DNA of 63,835 bases, the filler included, from Deltaproteobacteria bacterium (GTDB lineage Bacteria > JAEEML01): assembly GCA_016283195.1 (NCBI GenBank). It is 6 parts of 6 records of this genome, joined end to end, with 100 filler letters (N's around TTAATTAATTAA, not from the genome) between each part and the next. Parts side by side here need not be neighbours in the genome. Positions count along the whole stretch, not along the records: positions 16,979 to 36,916 come from JAEEML010000129.1; positions 37,017 to 56,480 come from JAEEML010000130.1; 4 more parts are not named here. One strand, written 5' to 3'. A program made the position numbers and the translations under genes. Within the stretch, counting starts at the first letter, position 1; the number at the start of each line of letters is the position of its first letter. A model generated the notes under the pieces. It did no database searches. It saw only the letters and a program-made list of their open reading frames with translations, and was not told the origin of the DNA. Positions 29,015 through 38,890 of this stretch are shown in pieces.

Positions 29015-30259
29015 TTAGTGTTTTTTCTTGGCAAAAAGATCGGCAAAAGTGCCAAGTTTTTGGCTCTTTTGGGCTTTCATAAAGGAGGCGAGCTCGGCTT
29101 TTTCCTGCTCTTCCTCAGTGAGCGCTTTATCGGCAGCCACTTTGGCCTCGGCAGCAGCGGCTAGCTCTTCCTGATACTCTTTGCTAGCTTGCTTGATGGA
29201 GAGGGAAAGGCGGTGCTTTTCGCTATCAATTTCCAAAACTTTGGCGGCGATGCTTTGGCCCACATTCACCACTTCGGCCGGGCGGGCAATACGCCTTGTG
29301 GCCATTTCGCCAATATGGCAGAGTCCTTCAATGCCGGGAAGCACTTCGATAAAAGCGCCGAATTGCACAAGGCGCACCACTTTACCGGTGACAACGTCGC
29401 CTTCGTGAATCTCATTATCCACCGTGCTCCAAGGGTCGGCTTCCAGAGCTTTCATGGAGAAAGAGAGGCGCTCTTTGCCGTTTTCTTCTTTAATGGCAGT
29501 GAGTTGCACGCGCACTTTTTGGCCCACCGAGAGCAGGTCTTCCACTTTGTCCTGTCTGGCATGGGAGAGCTCGGAAATGTGCACCAGGCCTTCTATGCCG
29601 CCGATATCCACAAAAGCGCCGAAGGAGCGGATGGAAGAGACTGTGCCTTCGTATTCTTGGCCGATAACCAGCGTATCGCGCAGAGCGGCCGCTTTTTTGG
29701 CTTTTTCGGCATCAAGAAGTTTTTTCCTGGAGAGCACCAGCTGGCGGCCGCCGTTTTTGTATTCAGTAATGATAAAGTTAAAAGTTTCGCCCACATAGAT
29801 ATCGCCGTTTTCCACAAAGGCGCTATCAATTTGGGAGATGGGGCAAAAGCCGCGCACACCGGCGATGGATACATCAAAACCGCCTTTATTACGGCCAGTT
29901 ACCTTGCCTTCAACCGGCAGGTGGCTGTTAAAAGCGTTCTCCAAAAGGGCTTCCTGGCCGGCGCCTTTTTTGAGGCTTTTCGAAAGCAGCGGAGTGCCGT
30001 CTTTCATGGAGATGACCACGGCTTCGATTTTGTCGCCGATTTGGAAAAGCGGTTTTCCTTCGTTATCTAACAGCTCATTTAAGGCTAAAAGAGCTTCGCC
30101 CTTGCCGCCGTAATCCAAAAAGAGAAATTCTTTATCGGCCATGACTATGGTAGCCGAGACCTTGTCACCAACATGCAAGCGGCGTTTTTGTTTACCTTCT
30201 GACTGGGCAAAAAGTTCGGCAAAGCTTTCCATGCTGCCTTCGTTATTTTGTTCGCTCAT
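29015..30259 (-). CDS. Ribosomal protein S1-like protein (four S1 domains)
   Basis: SFAELF N-terminus, GFCPISQID, FGAFVDIGGIEGLVHISELS, FGAFIEVLPGIEGLCHIGEM; probably a short rpsA paralog. Confidence 0.9.
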   Translation of the reverse strand: MSEQNNEGSMESFAELFAQSEGKQKRRLHVGDKVSATIVMADKEFLFLDYGGKGEALLALNELLDNEGKPLFQIGDKIEAVVISMKDGTPLLSKSLKKGAGQEALLENAFNSHLPVEGKVTGRNKGGFDVSIAGVRGFCPISQIDSAFVENGDIYVGETFNFIITEYKNGGRQLVLSRKKLLDAEKAKKAAALRDTLVIGQEYEGTVSSIRSFGAFVDIGGIEGLVHISELSHARQDKVEDLLSVGQKVRVQLTAIKEENGKERLSFSMKALEADPWSTVDNEIHEGDVVTGKVVRLVQFGAFIEVLPGIEGLCHIGEMATRRIARPAEVVNVGQSIAAKVLEIDSEKHRLSLSIKQASKEYQEELAAAAEAKVAADKALTEEEQEKAELASFMKAQKSQKLGTFADLFAKKKH

Positions 30260-30350
30260 GAATATATCCTTTCGAGCCTTGGCCTATTGGCCAAACGGCG
30301 GGCGCAGTTTATGAGAGAGTGAATTGGATTTCAAGAGGGATTTGCAATTA

Positions 30351-33071
30351 TCAGTTATTTTGATAAAAGCGGGCGGTTTTATAGCACTCTTTGGTCCAAG
30401 AGCCGGCGCTGCCAATAATTTTGCCAACCATGCCGGACATCTCATCGGCATCATCGACATGTAGGGTGTCAGCCGGCGGCTGAAGGCAACCATTCCAAAG
30501 CTCATTCGGCAGGTTGGAGATATTTTCATCAAAGATGAGTTTGTCGCCTTCCCATTTGGCCGCTTTGTTGCTCTTGCCCGGCGACGGCACCAGCGTGTAT
30601 CCGGCAGTGAGCGGGAAAGTGCGCATATTGTCGGTAAAATCGCCTTGGAACTTATATTTTACCGCCATGCCCAGATAGGGTGATAATTTTTTAAACTCTT
30701 CCTCATCTATTTTCTGCTGTTCGTTTCTTACTTTGTAGGCTGGCCTGTCACTTTCGATAGTATAAGTAATTGTTTTAAATTCGGCTATATAGGGCTTTTC
30801 GGTTAAAATTTGAGCATCGGCTGCCCCGCGACTGTTTTTGTAAAGGTCTATGAGAATTACTTCTACCTTATCATATAAAGAATCTATGGTCTCTTTTAGG
30901 TTTTGGTTACTTTCGTTAAAATCATCTCTTTTTTGCTCATAAACCTTCATTTTAGCATCAAATTTCTCTTTTTGGGCGCGGGTTATGTTTTCGGCTGTAA
31001 GATTCATATCCACCATGGCCTTGAAGGCAGTCAGCATGGCTTTTTTCTTTTGATCGCGCCCTGTTTTCAATTTGTTTAAAGTTTGGGCAGTTTTTGGCCA
31101 GTATTGGGTGGCATCGGCAACTGAGTCTTCCCAATCTTTGGTGGGATCTTGTTTAAGCCAATTGCGTAACTGTTCGTAACCATTATTGAATGCTTCTATT
31201 TCTTTTATAACATTATCGCGCTCTTCAAAAAGCGGGTCAAGAGTGGCGGCTATCTTTTTGCTTACGGCCATGTAAGTATAATTTTCATGCTCTAGCACTT
31301 CAGTCAGCTCTTTAATGCGTTCATGATGGCCGCTATCATCTAGTAGATGTTTAAGCTCATTGGCCCTTGCCTCAGTGCCACTAAAGGCCAGTTCGCCTAT
31401 CTTTATGAGTTTTATGTATTCTTTTTGCTCATCCAGGGTGAGATATTTGCTATCCACAATTTGCTGCCAGGGATTTTGGTAATTTTCGGTGAAGTTCCTT
31501 TCGTTTTCGGCCCTGGTTGCCAGAACGGTTTTGGCCTTTCCTTTGACACTGCTATCTGAATTGAAAATGGATACAAGTTCTTCTCTGAAATCTTCGTCCT
31601 CTAGTAGCGCCAGCACTCCCATGCCAAAAAGCAGGACGAACAGCAAAAATAGGCAGCCGCAGCCCTTGGCGCAACCGCCTTTTTTGGGAGAGCTACCGGC
31701 GCTTCCTGCAGGTATAGGTGCGGAATTAGGCTTATCCCCGGAACTCTCATTATGCTGATGAGGGATAAATGAGGAGCGCACTCTGCGGCCCAAAGCCTGG
31801 CTCTCCTCGGCGGGGCTCAAAATGCGGCCGCTGTAAAAAAGTATATCGGTGCGGGTGCGTTCTATTTTGTAAACTTCCCCGTTATTTAAGGCAATAGTGA
31901 CCAAGAGATCATCACCTACGGCCGCCGCATAAGGGAAGGTGCCTTTAAGGGCATTTATGGTGGTGCGGTTTACCTCGGCTACCTGGTAAGTTTCCTCATT
32001 AATATCTATATTATCGCCTGGTTGCAAGCGATTCCACTGCTGAATATTGCCGGCCGGCAGATGTTCGGCGGCGGCCAATATAAAAGTGCCAAGTTCGCTT
32101 TTTTCCAGGTAAAAAAATTCCTCGCAATCTTTATCGGTCAAAATGTAAAGCTGGCTATGCTTGGCATTGATGCAGTGAAACTGGCAGGCTACGACATGGT
32201 AGATTACATCATTAAATTTAAATGTTTGATTAAGGTTATAATCAAAGTGCGCCTCCCCGCTGCTGGCATGAGATTTGCCTAAAACCTGAATTTCTTCATG
32301 GGCAATATCGTTTAAAACACCGCAAGAGGGGCAGGTCATCATTACTGCTTCATCCGGCGGCTTGGGCAGGGCAGTATGGCAAGCGGCGCAAGTATATTCT
32401 GTAGGAGTATCCAGCTCTTCAGCACTACTTTCGCTTTCTTCCTCTTTATTAAACTCCAAAAGCTCATTGTTATAAAGAAGCAGACTAAATTTACCGCGTG
32501 AATTGCAATAAATCTGAGCTACCCGCTGACCATCGGGGGAGAGGGCAATATAGTAATTGAGATATTCGCCCGGCAATATGGCAAAGGGTAATTCGCCTTT
32601 AACGGCGATGCACTTTGTTCTATCGGCAGCCAGAATGGCCAGGTTTTCTTCACCTAAGGTGATGCTATTGCCCAGCGCCGGGTGCTGCCAGCCCATCAGC
32701 TCTTCGCAATTTTGGGCAATGGGGCAAAGGCGAATATAATCGTCGCTGTTTTCGAGAAGCGGGCATTTGGTGTCGCTCATTAAAATAGCGTAATCATCAC
32801 CATAGCGCACAAAACATTCGTCGTAGTAACCACGGCTATAGCTAAAGCGCATCCAACCCAGTACTTCAAAAGAAACATTGTTAATAGTTCCTGTGCTGCC
32901 GATGCTCCAATAGGGCTCAGGTTCATCGGGATTTATTTTAGGGCCGTTTTGCACAAATTGAAACTCATCCCAGTAGAGAATGCTGTGGCAATTCTTACAG
33001 GTAGTCATGATGATACCGGGATTCTTTACCTCATTGGATGTACCGCAGGCAGGGCAATTGATTGTTTTCAT
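30351..33071 (-). CDS. Zn-ribbon/DUF4178-like protein with a central TM helix and a C-terminal coiled-coil domain
   Basis: CPACG..CKNC and CAAC..CPSC ribbons each followed by a GELPF/GTFPY-containing unit; GCAKGCGCLFLLF TM segment. Confidence 0.7.
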   Translation of the reverse strand: MKTINCPACGTSNEVKNPGIIMTTCKNCHSILYWDEFQFVQNGPKINPDEPEPYWSIGSTGTINNVSFEVLGWMRFSYSRGYYDECFVRYGDDYAILMSDTKCPLLENSDDYIRLCPIAQNCEELMGWQHPALGNSITLGEENLAILAADRTKCIAVKGELPFAILPGEYLNYYIALSPDGQRVAQIYCNSRGKFSLLLYNNELLEFNKEEESESSAEELDTPTEYTCAACHTALPKPPDEAVMMTCPSCGVLNDIAHEEIQVLGKSHASSGEAHFDYNLNQTFKFNDVIYHVVACQFHCINAKHSQLYILTDKDCEEFFYLEKSELGTFILAAAEHLPAGNIQQWNRLQPGDNIDINEETYQVAEVNRTTINALKGTFPYAAAVGDDLLVTIALNNGEVYKIERTRTDILFYSGRILSPAEESQALGRRVRSSFIPHQHNESSGDKPNSAPIPAGSAGSSPKKGGCAKGCGCLFLLFVLLFGMGVLALLEDEDFREELVSIFNSDSSVKGKAKTVLATRAENERNFTENYQNPWQQIVDSKYLTLDEQKEYIKLIKIGELAFSGTEARANELKHLLDDSGHHERIKELTEVLEHENYTYMAVSKKIAATLDPLFEERDNVIKEIEAFNNGYEQLRNWLKQDPTKDWEDSVADATQYWPKTAQTLNKLKTGRDQKKKAMLTAFKAMVDMNLTAENITRAQKEKFDAKMKVYEQKRDDFNESNQNLKETIDSLYDKVEVILIDLYKNSRGAADAQILTEKPYIAEFKTITYTIESDRPAYKVRNEQQKIDEEEFKKLSPYLGMAVKYKFQGDFTDNMRTFPLTAGYTLVPSPGKSNKAAKWEGDKLIFDENISNLPNELWNGCLQPPADTLHVDDADEMSGMVGKIIGSAGSWTKECYKTARFYQNN

Positions 33072-33271
33072 TAGCGTCTCCGTACAAGGTCGATAATCAG
33101 TGTTAAAAACTCCGTGTTTTTAGCAAGCGGCGCTCTTAGCATTTGGCAAAATTAGCCAATAACACTCTAGTAACAATTTTTATATTTGTCATTAAAGATT
33201 ATTGCAGCTACAATGTCCATGTTGTTATGCGAATGTACTTTGGGCATACGCAGTTTTTACGAGGAGGTAAA

Positions 33272-33889
33272 ATGAAAAGATTATTTGTACGCAGTGTTTT
33301 GGCGGCTCTCTTGGTGTTGCCGCTGGTTTCGGCTTGCGCGCCGAGCAGTGTTGAACGCGAATGTGTAGCCTGGATTAACAGCTGCTCGCCGGATATTGAT
33401 ACCAGCTGGGCCGAGCCCATTACAGCCGAGGGCTTGCCAAATCTTTTTAAAGTGAGTCCGGATATTTACCGCTCAGCCCAGCCCACTAAAGGTGGCTTTA
33501 AGTCGGCTGAGGCGCTGGGTATTAAAACGGTGGTTTCTTTGCGGCAAAGCGAGCGCGATCAGGCTTTAAACAGTGCTGATGGTACCAGCTTAAATCTTAT
33601 TCATGTGCCTCTTGTTACTTCCAGAATAAGCGATGACGATATAATAGAGGTGATGAAAATCCTGCGTGATGCTCCGAAACCTATTCTTATTCACTGCCGC
33701 CATGGTGCCGACCGCACCGGGCTCATGAGTGCCATGTATCGCCTGGTTTTCCAAAATTGGGCTAAATCTTGCGCCAAAGAAGAACTTTTAAACGGCGGTT
33801 TCGGCTTTCACACCATGTGGACCAATATTCCCAAAAAGATTGATGAGATTGATGTTGCCGCGCTGAAAAAAGAGATTAATCCCCGGTAA
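33272..33889 (+). CDS. Dual-specificity/tyrosine phosphatase family lipoprotein
   Basis: Lipobox VSAC; IYRSAQP, IHCRHGADRTG P-loop; GGAGG RBS before ATG 33272. Confidence 0.9.
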   Translation: MKRLFVRSVLAALLVLPLVSACAPSSVERECVAWINSCSPDIDTSWAEPITAEGLPNLFKVSPDIYRSAQPTKGGFKSAEALGIKTVVSLRQSERDQALNSADGTSLNLIHVPLVTSRISDDDIIEVMKILRDAPKPILIHCRHGADRTGLMSAMYRLVFQNWAKSCAKEELLNGGFGFHTMWTNIPKKIDEIDVAALKKEINPR

Positions 33890-34004
33890 GTTCACCTGCC
33901 GCTGCGTGCGGTGCCCACGCCTTCATTAGATGAAAATATTGGAAAATATAGAGGAAAAAGAAATTTTAACTAACTAAAAATGGTACTATGAGGGCGGTTA
34001 GTCC

Positions 34005-34283
34005 CTAATGCAGCGCGCGAAGAAGGCGTTTTTGCCGCAAGTAACCCGCCACCACTTGCATATCGGCCGTTTTAAATTTAGCTATTTGCTCTTCACTTAA
34101 AAAGGCCAGGGGCAGAAGGTTTATTTTATAATCGTTAAAATATGGTTCAAGCCCTTGTGGCAGTTTTACAAGTTCATGCAAAGAAAGATAATTATTCCAA
34201 TCTGTTACCCCAAAATAAACTACCAGGGTTATTACCGGCACAACGCTTTGGCGTTTTTTGGCGACCAGTTCTTCCAGCTGGGT
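34005..34283 (-). pseudogene. Fragment of an Rpn-family (PD-(D/E)xK nuclease/putative transposase) gene
   Basis: PVITLVVYFG...W...SLHEL...YFNDYKINL...FLSEEQIAKFK matches the mid-region of Rpn-like proteins; no N-terminal part, bounded by a REP-like element. Confidence 0.6.
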
Positions 34284-34287
34284 GCTT

Positions 34288-34416
34288 CCCTCACCCGGCG
34301 CTTACGCGCCACCCTCTCCACCTTAGCGGTAGAGAGGGTAAATTATCATGTATTTTCCAATGATTCCCCCTCGCCGCATTTGTAAAAATGGGGAGAGGGG
34401 GCCAGGGGGTGAGGGA
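34288..34416. repeat. Inverted pair of REP-like palindromic elements
   Basis: CCCTCACCCGGCGCTTACGCGCCACCCTCTCCACCTTAGCGGTAGAGAGGG and an inverted copy CCCTCACCCCCTGGCCCCCTCTCCCC...GGCGAGGGGG. Confidence 0.75.
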
Positions 34417-34459
34417 AATAATGTGGTTAGTGGGTGAGGGATGCAAAAACAGGCAAAAT

Positions 34460-35788
34460 TTAATTCAATATCGGCGACCAGGCCGGAGAATCGATATCGC
34501 CAGCTTTGGAACTAATGAGCCTTTGGCCGCTGCCGTCAAGGCGCATAATATAAAGATTGCGTCCCCGGCCGCTGCGGTTAGAGGTAAAGACAATGTGGCG
34601 GCCGTCCGGCGAGAAAGAGGGCGCTTCGTTGTTGTGGCCTTCATCCTGAGTTAAGCGGGTGATGACGTTATTCTCCGGATTGACCATAAAAATATCAAAC
34701 ATATTGAGCTCATCGCGGGCCGAGAAGACAATTTGCCCGCCGGGTACAGGCGACCAGTCGGGCTCTGTATTGTAATTGCCCTGGAAGGTGAGGCGGCGCA
34801 CATCGCTGCCGTCCGGCTTCATGGCGTAGAGCTGCGGATTGCCGCTTCTGGAGCTCACAAAGACTATCTGGGTACCATCGTGGTTCCAGTGGGGGGAGAC
34901 ATCTTCGCCCCAATGATTGGTGAGGCGGGTGAGCCCTTTGCCGTCGCTGCCGATGCTATATATTTCTCTATTGCCGTCTTTACTCATGGTGAAGACCACT
35001 TTTTGGCCGTTTGGCGATAAATTGGCTCCCATATTGAGCCCTTTGGCGCCAGAGAGCAAAGTGAGCTTTTTGGTGGCTAAATTGTAACGGTAAAGATCCG
35101 GCTTATCGTTCACATAAGAGGTGACAAAGAGCTCCTTGCCATCGTTTGACCAACTGGGCATTAAGTTTAATTTGCCGTTGGCGAGAACTGCCTCAGCATT
35201 GGCGCCGTCAAAATCGCAAATATAAACTGCTCGCCCCTGACCATTGGGCGCGGCGGCCACAAAGGCTATTTTGGTGGAGAAAATCGAGCGTTTGCCGGTA
35301 AAAAACTGGTACAGATCGTCGGCAAATTTGTGCACCAGCGCGCGATGCTCTTTGAGGCGCCCCTCATAGTGTTTGAGCAGTATTTCACGCTGAGCCATCA
35401 CATCATAAAGGCGAAAAGTGATTTTTAAATTGTCCTTATTTAAGCTGTAAGCTCCGCGAATGAGGCCGCTGGCGCCCACTTTTACCCAGGAGGGATATTC
35501 CGGATTGGTCCAGGGTTCGGTTTTGGGGGCCAAATAGGCGGCCTTGTTAATTACCGAAAAAATGCCGCTTATTTCCAGGTCGTTGCGCAAAATATCGCCC
35601 AGTTTCAGGCCCAGGCCCTCTTGAGTTTCCATGCCCTTCATTTCCACCACATCGGGCACGGCCATGGGGTAGGGGACAAAATTGGGGTCTTCCAAATCCA
35701 CTACAAAGCGTTGCGCGGCGGCGGTATCTACCAAAAGAAGAGTAAAAACAAAAAATGATAACGATAAGAAATTAAAGAATATTTTCAT
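34460..35788 (-). CDS. tolB: Tol-Pal system beta-propeller protein TolB
   Basis: Signal peptide, ILRNDLEISGIF, FSTKIAFV, PD40 repeats PSWS/PHWN/PDWSP/PSFSPDG. Confidence 0.93.
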   Translation of the reverse strand: MKIFFNFLSLSFFVFTLLLVDTAAAQRFVVDLEDPNFVPYPMAVPDVVEMKGMETQEGLGLKLGDILRNDLEISGIFSVINKAAYLAPKTEPWTNPEYPSWVKVGASGLIRGAYSLNKDNLKITFRLYDVMAQREILLKHYEGRLKEHRALVHKFADDLYQFFTGKRSIFSTKIAFVAAAPNGQGRAVYICDFDGANAEAVLANGKLNLMPSWSNDGKELFVTSYVNDKPDLYRYNLATKKLTLLSGAKGLNMGANLSPNGQKVVFTMSKDGNREIYSIGSDGKGLTRLTNHWGEDVSPHWNHDGTQIVFVSSRSGNPQLYAMKPDGSDVRRLTFQGNYNTEPDWSPVPGGQIVFSARDELNMFDIFMVNPENNVITRLTQDEGHNNEAPSFSPDGRHIVFTSNRSGRGRNLYIMRLDGSGQRLISSKAGDIDSPAWSPILN

Positions 35789-36916
35789 GCTTTTTGCTCC
35801 GCTAACAGGCCCTTACGGCCACAGATGAAAACGAATACTATCAGGATTAGACATAAAATGCCACTACCCCAAAACGGTACCCCCCAGCCAAAACGCTCGC
35901 CGATATAGCCGGAGATGATAGATCCTACAATAGTTCCGCCCATTTGCACAAAGTTAAAAAAGCCGGTGACGCCGCCCAGGCGCTCCGGTTCAAAGAGGCG
36001 CACCAGCCCCATAAAGAGCACTAAAAAGACCAGCCCGTCGCCTATGCCGTGGATGGCCCGAAAGGCGAGCGAGAGCCAGATGGGGGTAAAAGTCATGCCG
36101 ATTAGGGAAGCGCCGGATAAAAAGAGGCCCAAAATAATGAATTTGCCTGTCATGCCGGGGCGGTCGACATATTTCATGGCAATGAGCACGGTGAAGGTGA
36201 GCACGATAAGTTCCACGCCCATGTAAAGGCCCATTTGGCGATAGGTGAGCGCCAGAGTATGGTGCAAAAAGAGGCCGTAACAGGTGTACTCGGCGCCCCA
36301 GTGCAGGGTAAAGATAAAAACCCATATAGCCATAAAGATGGCTTTGGGATTTTTGAGCTCTCCCGCGTAATCGCTTATGCTCACTTTGTCCAGGGTGACA
36401 TTGGGCAATTTTAATGACATGGGGATAAAAATAAGCGAGAGCGCGGCTACAGCCAAAAGAAAGTATTTAAAATTAATGGTGGCTAAAAGATAGCCGGATA
36501 AAAAGGTGCCGATGGCCTGGCCCACATAGCGAAAAGCGTGGTAACCGGCTATGCCTTGGGCGGTTTGCGGGCCGTTATTGCCCTTTAATACCGCCACATC
36601 GAGGCTCAGTTTAAAGGTGGCGACAGCCAGGCTCATGATAAAATAGACGGTGACATAAGGCGGGTAGGCGGTGAAGATGGCCATGCCGCCATAGCCGGCA
36701 GCCATAAGTAAAGCCGAGATAATAAGAATAGTGCGGCTTTTCAGGCGGTCGTTTAAAAGGCCGGCCGGGATGGAGCACAAAACGCCGGTGAAAGCGCCCA
36801 AAGAGTACAAAAAGCCGATTTGGCTGCCGCTAAAGCCCAAATTTTCTTTGAAAAAGATGGTTAAAAAATAGCCGATGGGTGCCGTGACCATGAGGAGCAG
36901 GGCAAACATCAGCGAG
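35785..36916 (-). CDS. MFS transporter (5' truncated at contig end)
   Basis: About 12 hydrophobic helices, GLLNDRLKSR and GYIGERFG motif-A-like loops. Confidence 0.88.
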
Positions 36917-37016
36917 NNNNNNNNNNNNNNNNNNNNNNNNNNNNNNNNNNNNNNNNNNNNTTAATTAATTAANNNNNNNNNNNNNNNNNNNNNNNNNNNN
37001 NNNNNNNNNNNNNNNN
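36917..37016. other. Artificial contig spacer
   Basis: 100-nt N-run with TTAATTAATTAA. Confidence 0.98.
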
Positions 37017-37645
37017 AAATCACCGGCCAGGTAAACATTAGCCGCTCCGGTGTTAACATAATGCACAGTAAAGGTTTTATCCTGAAATTCCTCCGGCTGA
37101 TGCATTTCACTCTTTGCCCAGCAAAGACCGGTATTTTTGTCGCAAGTTTCATCGCTGTTGCAATCCGCAGCACCGGTGCAGGGGGAAACTTCGCAGGAAT
37201 TAACGCCATTAGCGCAAATATAAGCGGTGGTGCAGCCTTTGGCATCGGTAATAGCGTCACCCACACACCAGGTACAAGAGGAAATATCAGGGCAATCTTT
37301 AGGGCCGATATTTTTTTGGCAATAGCCGGCTACACAAAGCTCGTCCGCTTTACATTTTGTAGTGCAATTACCGCAAAAATCGTGGTCATTTAAAGTATTT
37401 ACACATTGCGTGCCGCACTGGGTAAAAGGCGCATCACAAGAGGCTACGCAATGGCCGGCGGTACAAAATTCGTCTTTTTCACAGGTATGCCCACACTTGC
37501 CGCAATTTTCGCGAGCACTATTTAAATTTACGCATTTGTCGCCACATGGCGTTAGGCCGGAAATACAATTTAATTCTTCATGCTCATTTTTGCAGGCTGA
37601 AAGGGCTAAAACAATAGCACTTAAACAAAGCCATTTTTTCATCAT
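37017..37645 (-). CDS. Cys-rich lipoprotein (myxobacterial-type CGxC repeats) followed by a CBM48/glycogen-binding-like start; 3' truncated
   Basis: Lipobox LSAC; CVNLNSARENCGKCGHTC and CVNTLNDHDFCGNCTTKC; FTVHYVNTGAANVYLAGD. Confidence 0.78.
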
Positions 37646-37817
37646 TTTTCAACTCCAGATTACTAGAAGCGTTTTCCTAAGGCGGAAAACGACTTCTATA
37701 TTACTTGTAAAAGATGAAATTGACAACCAAGGTCTGGCCAAAAGTTTAAAAGAGTTGTATTAGAGAATGGCCCTGATGGTCGGGGTATATTTTTACGGTC
37801 AAGGAGGACTATTTACT

Positions 37818-38882
37818 ATGGCCATAGAATCTATTGCCGATTTCATTGATCACCATTACCGCCACTATAATTCCGCTTTTTTAAAGGAAGCTGCTCAAGC
37901 CTATGTGCGCCACATTGATAATGGCGGCAAAATGTTTTTGGCTATGGCCGGTGCCATGAGTACCGGTGAACTGGGGCTTTCCCTGGCCCGCATGATTCGC
38001 GAAGGGCACATCGCTGCCGTTTGCTGCTCGGCCAACAATCTGGAAGAAGATATTTTCAACATGGTTGCCCATGACAAATATAAACGCATTCCCAACTGGC
38101 GCAATCTCACTCCAGAAATGGAAAAAGAGCTGGAAAAATCCGGCTATAACCGCGTCACCGATATTTGCATTCCCGAAGACGAAGCCTTCCGTGCCGTGGA
38201 AGACAAAATGATCGAACTCTGGAAACGGGCCGATAAAAACGGGCAGCGTTTCTTCCCGCATGAATATTTTTACCAACTGATTGATGAAGGCCTGGTAAAA
38301 GATTCTTATCAAATTCCCGAAACCGACAGCTGGGTTATCGAAGCCTGCAAAAAGAAACTGCCCATTTTCATCCCCGCGTGGGAAGATTGCACCATGGGTA
38401 ATATCTTCTGCAAACACGTTATGGAAGGCGATATTTCCAATTTCCATGTGGTGAAAACCGGTATGGAATACATGGCCGAGCTGGCCGATTGGTATTGCAA
38501 AACCACCATGGGCAAAGGCTTAAAAGAGCTGCCTGTTATGGACGGCCACAGCACAACTCATGTCGTGCGCCCCGAAGATCCCGCTTGCAAATGCACTGTG
38601 GGCTTCTTCCAAATCGGCGGCGGCACAGCCGGTGACTTCCCCATTTGCGTGGTGCCGATGATTCACCAGGATCTCTGCCGTCCCTGCCCATACTGGGGCT
38701 ATTTCTGCCAAATCAGCGATTGCACCACCAGCTACGGCTCTTACTCCGGCGCTTTCCCCACCGAGAAAATCACCTGGGGTAAGCTGGATGTGGATACACC
38801 CAATTTTATGATTGAATCCGATGCTTCTATCGTGGCACCGCTCATCTTCACTTATGTGTGCGAGCGGGCGAAAAAACACTAA
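37818..38882 (+). CDS. Deoxyhypusine synthase-family protein (probable homospermidine synthase)
   Basis: AGAMSTGELG, ANNLEED, NRVTD, QIGGGTAGDF, SYGSYSGA.P.EKITWGK, ESDAS; AGGAGG RBS. Confidence 0.92.
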   Translation: MAIESIADFIDHHYRHYNSAFLKEAAQAYVRHIDNGGKMFLAMAGAMSTGELGLSLARMIREGHIAAVCCSANNLEEDIFNMVAHDKYKRIPNWRNLTPEMEKELEKSGYNRVTDICIPEDEAFRAVEDKMIELWKRADKNGQRFFPHEYFYQLIDEGLVKDSYQIPETDSWVIEACKKKLPIFIPAWEDCTMGNIFCKHVMEGDISNFHVVKTGMEYMAELADWYCKTTMGKGLKELPVMDGHSTTHVVRPEDPACKCTVGFFQIGGGTAGDFPICVVPMIHQDLCRPCPYWGYFCQISDCTTSYGSYSGAFPTEKITWGKLDVDTPNFMIESDASIVAPLIFTYVCERAKKH

Positions 38883-38890
38883 GGTTTTCT

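Noticed and set aside
29189-30070. 293-aa ORF antisense to the S1 protein, and similar shadow ORFs opposite lysS, mreB and the deoxyhypusine synthase gene
   Set aside because: Typical antisense frames produced by codon bias in conserved genes; no RBS or recognisable motifs.
37818-38882. Deoxyhypusine synthase as a sign of eukaryote-like hypusination
   Set aside because: Bacterial members of this family are widespread and linked to homospermidine synthesis; nothing here points to eIF5A-type modification.
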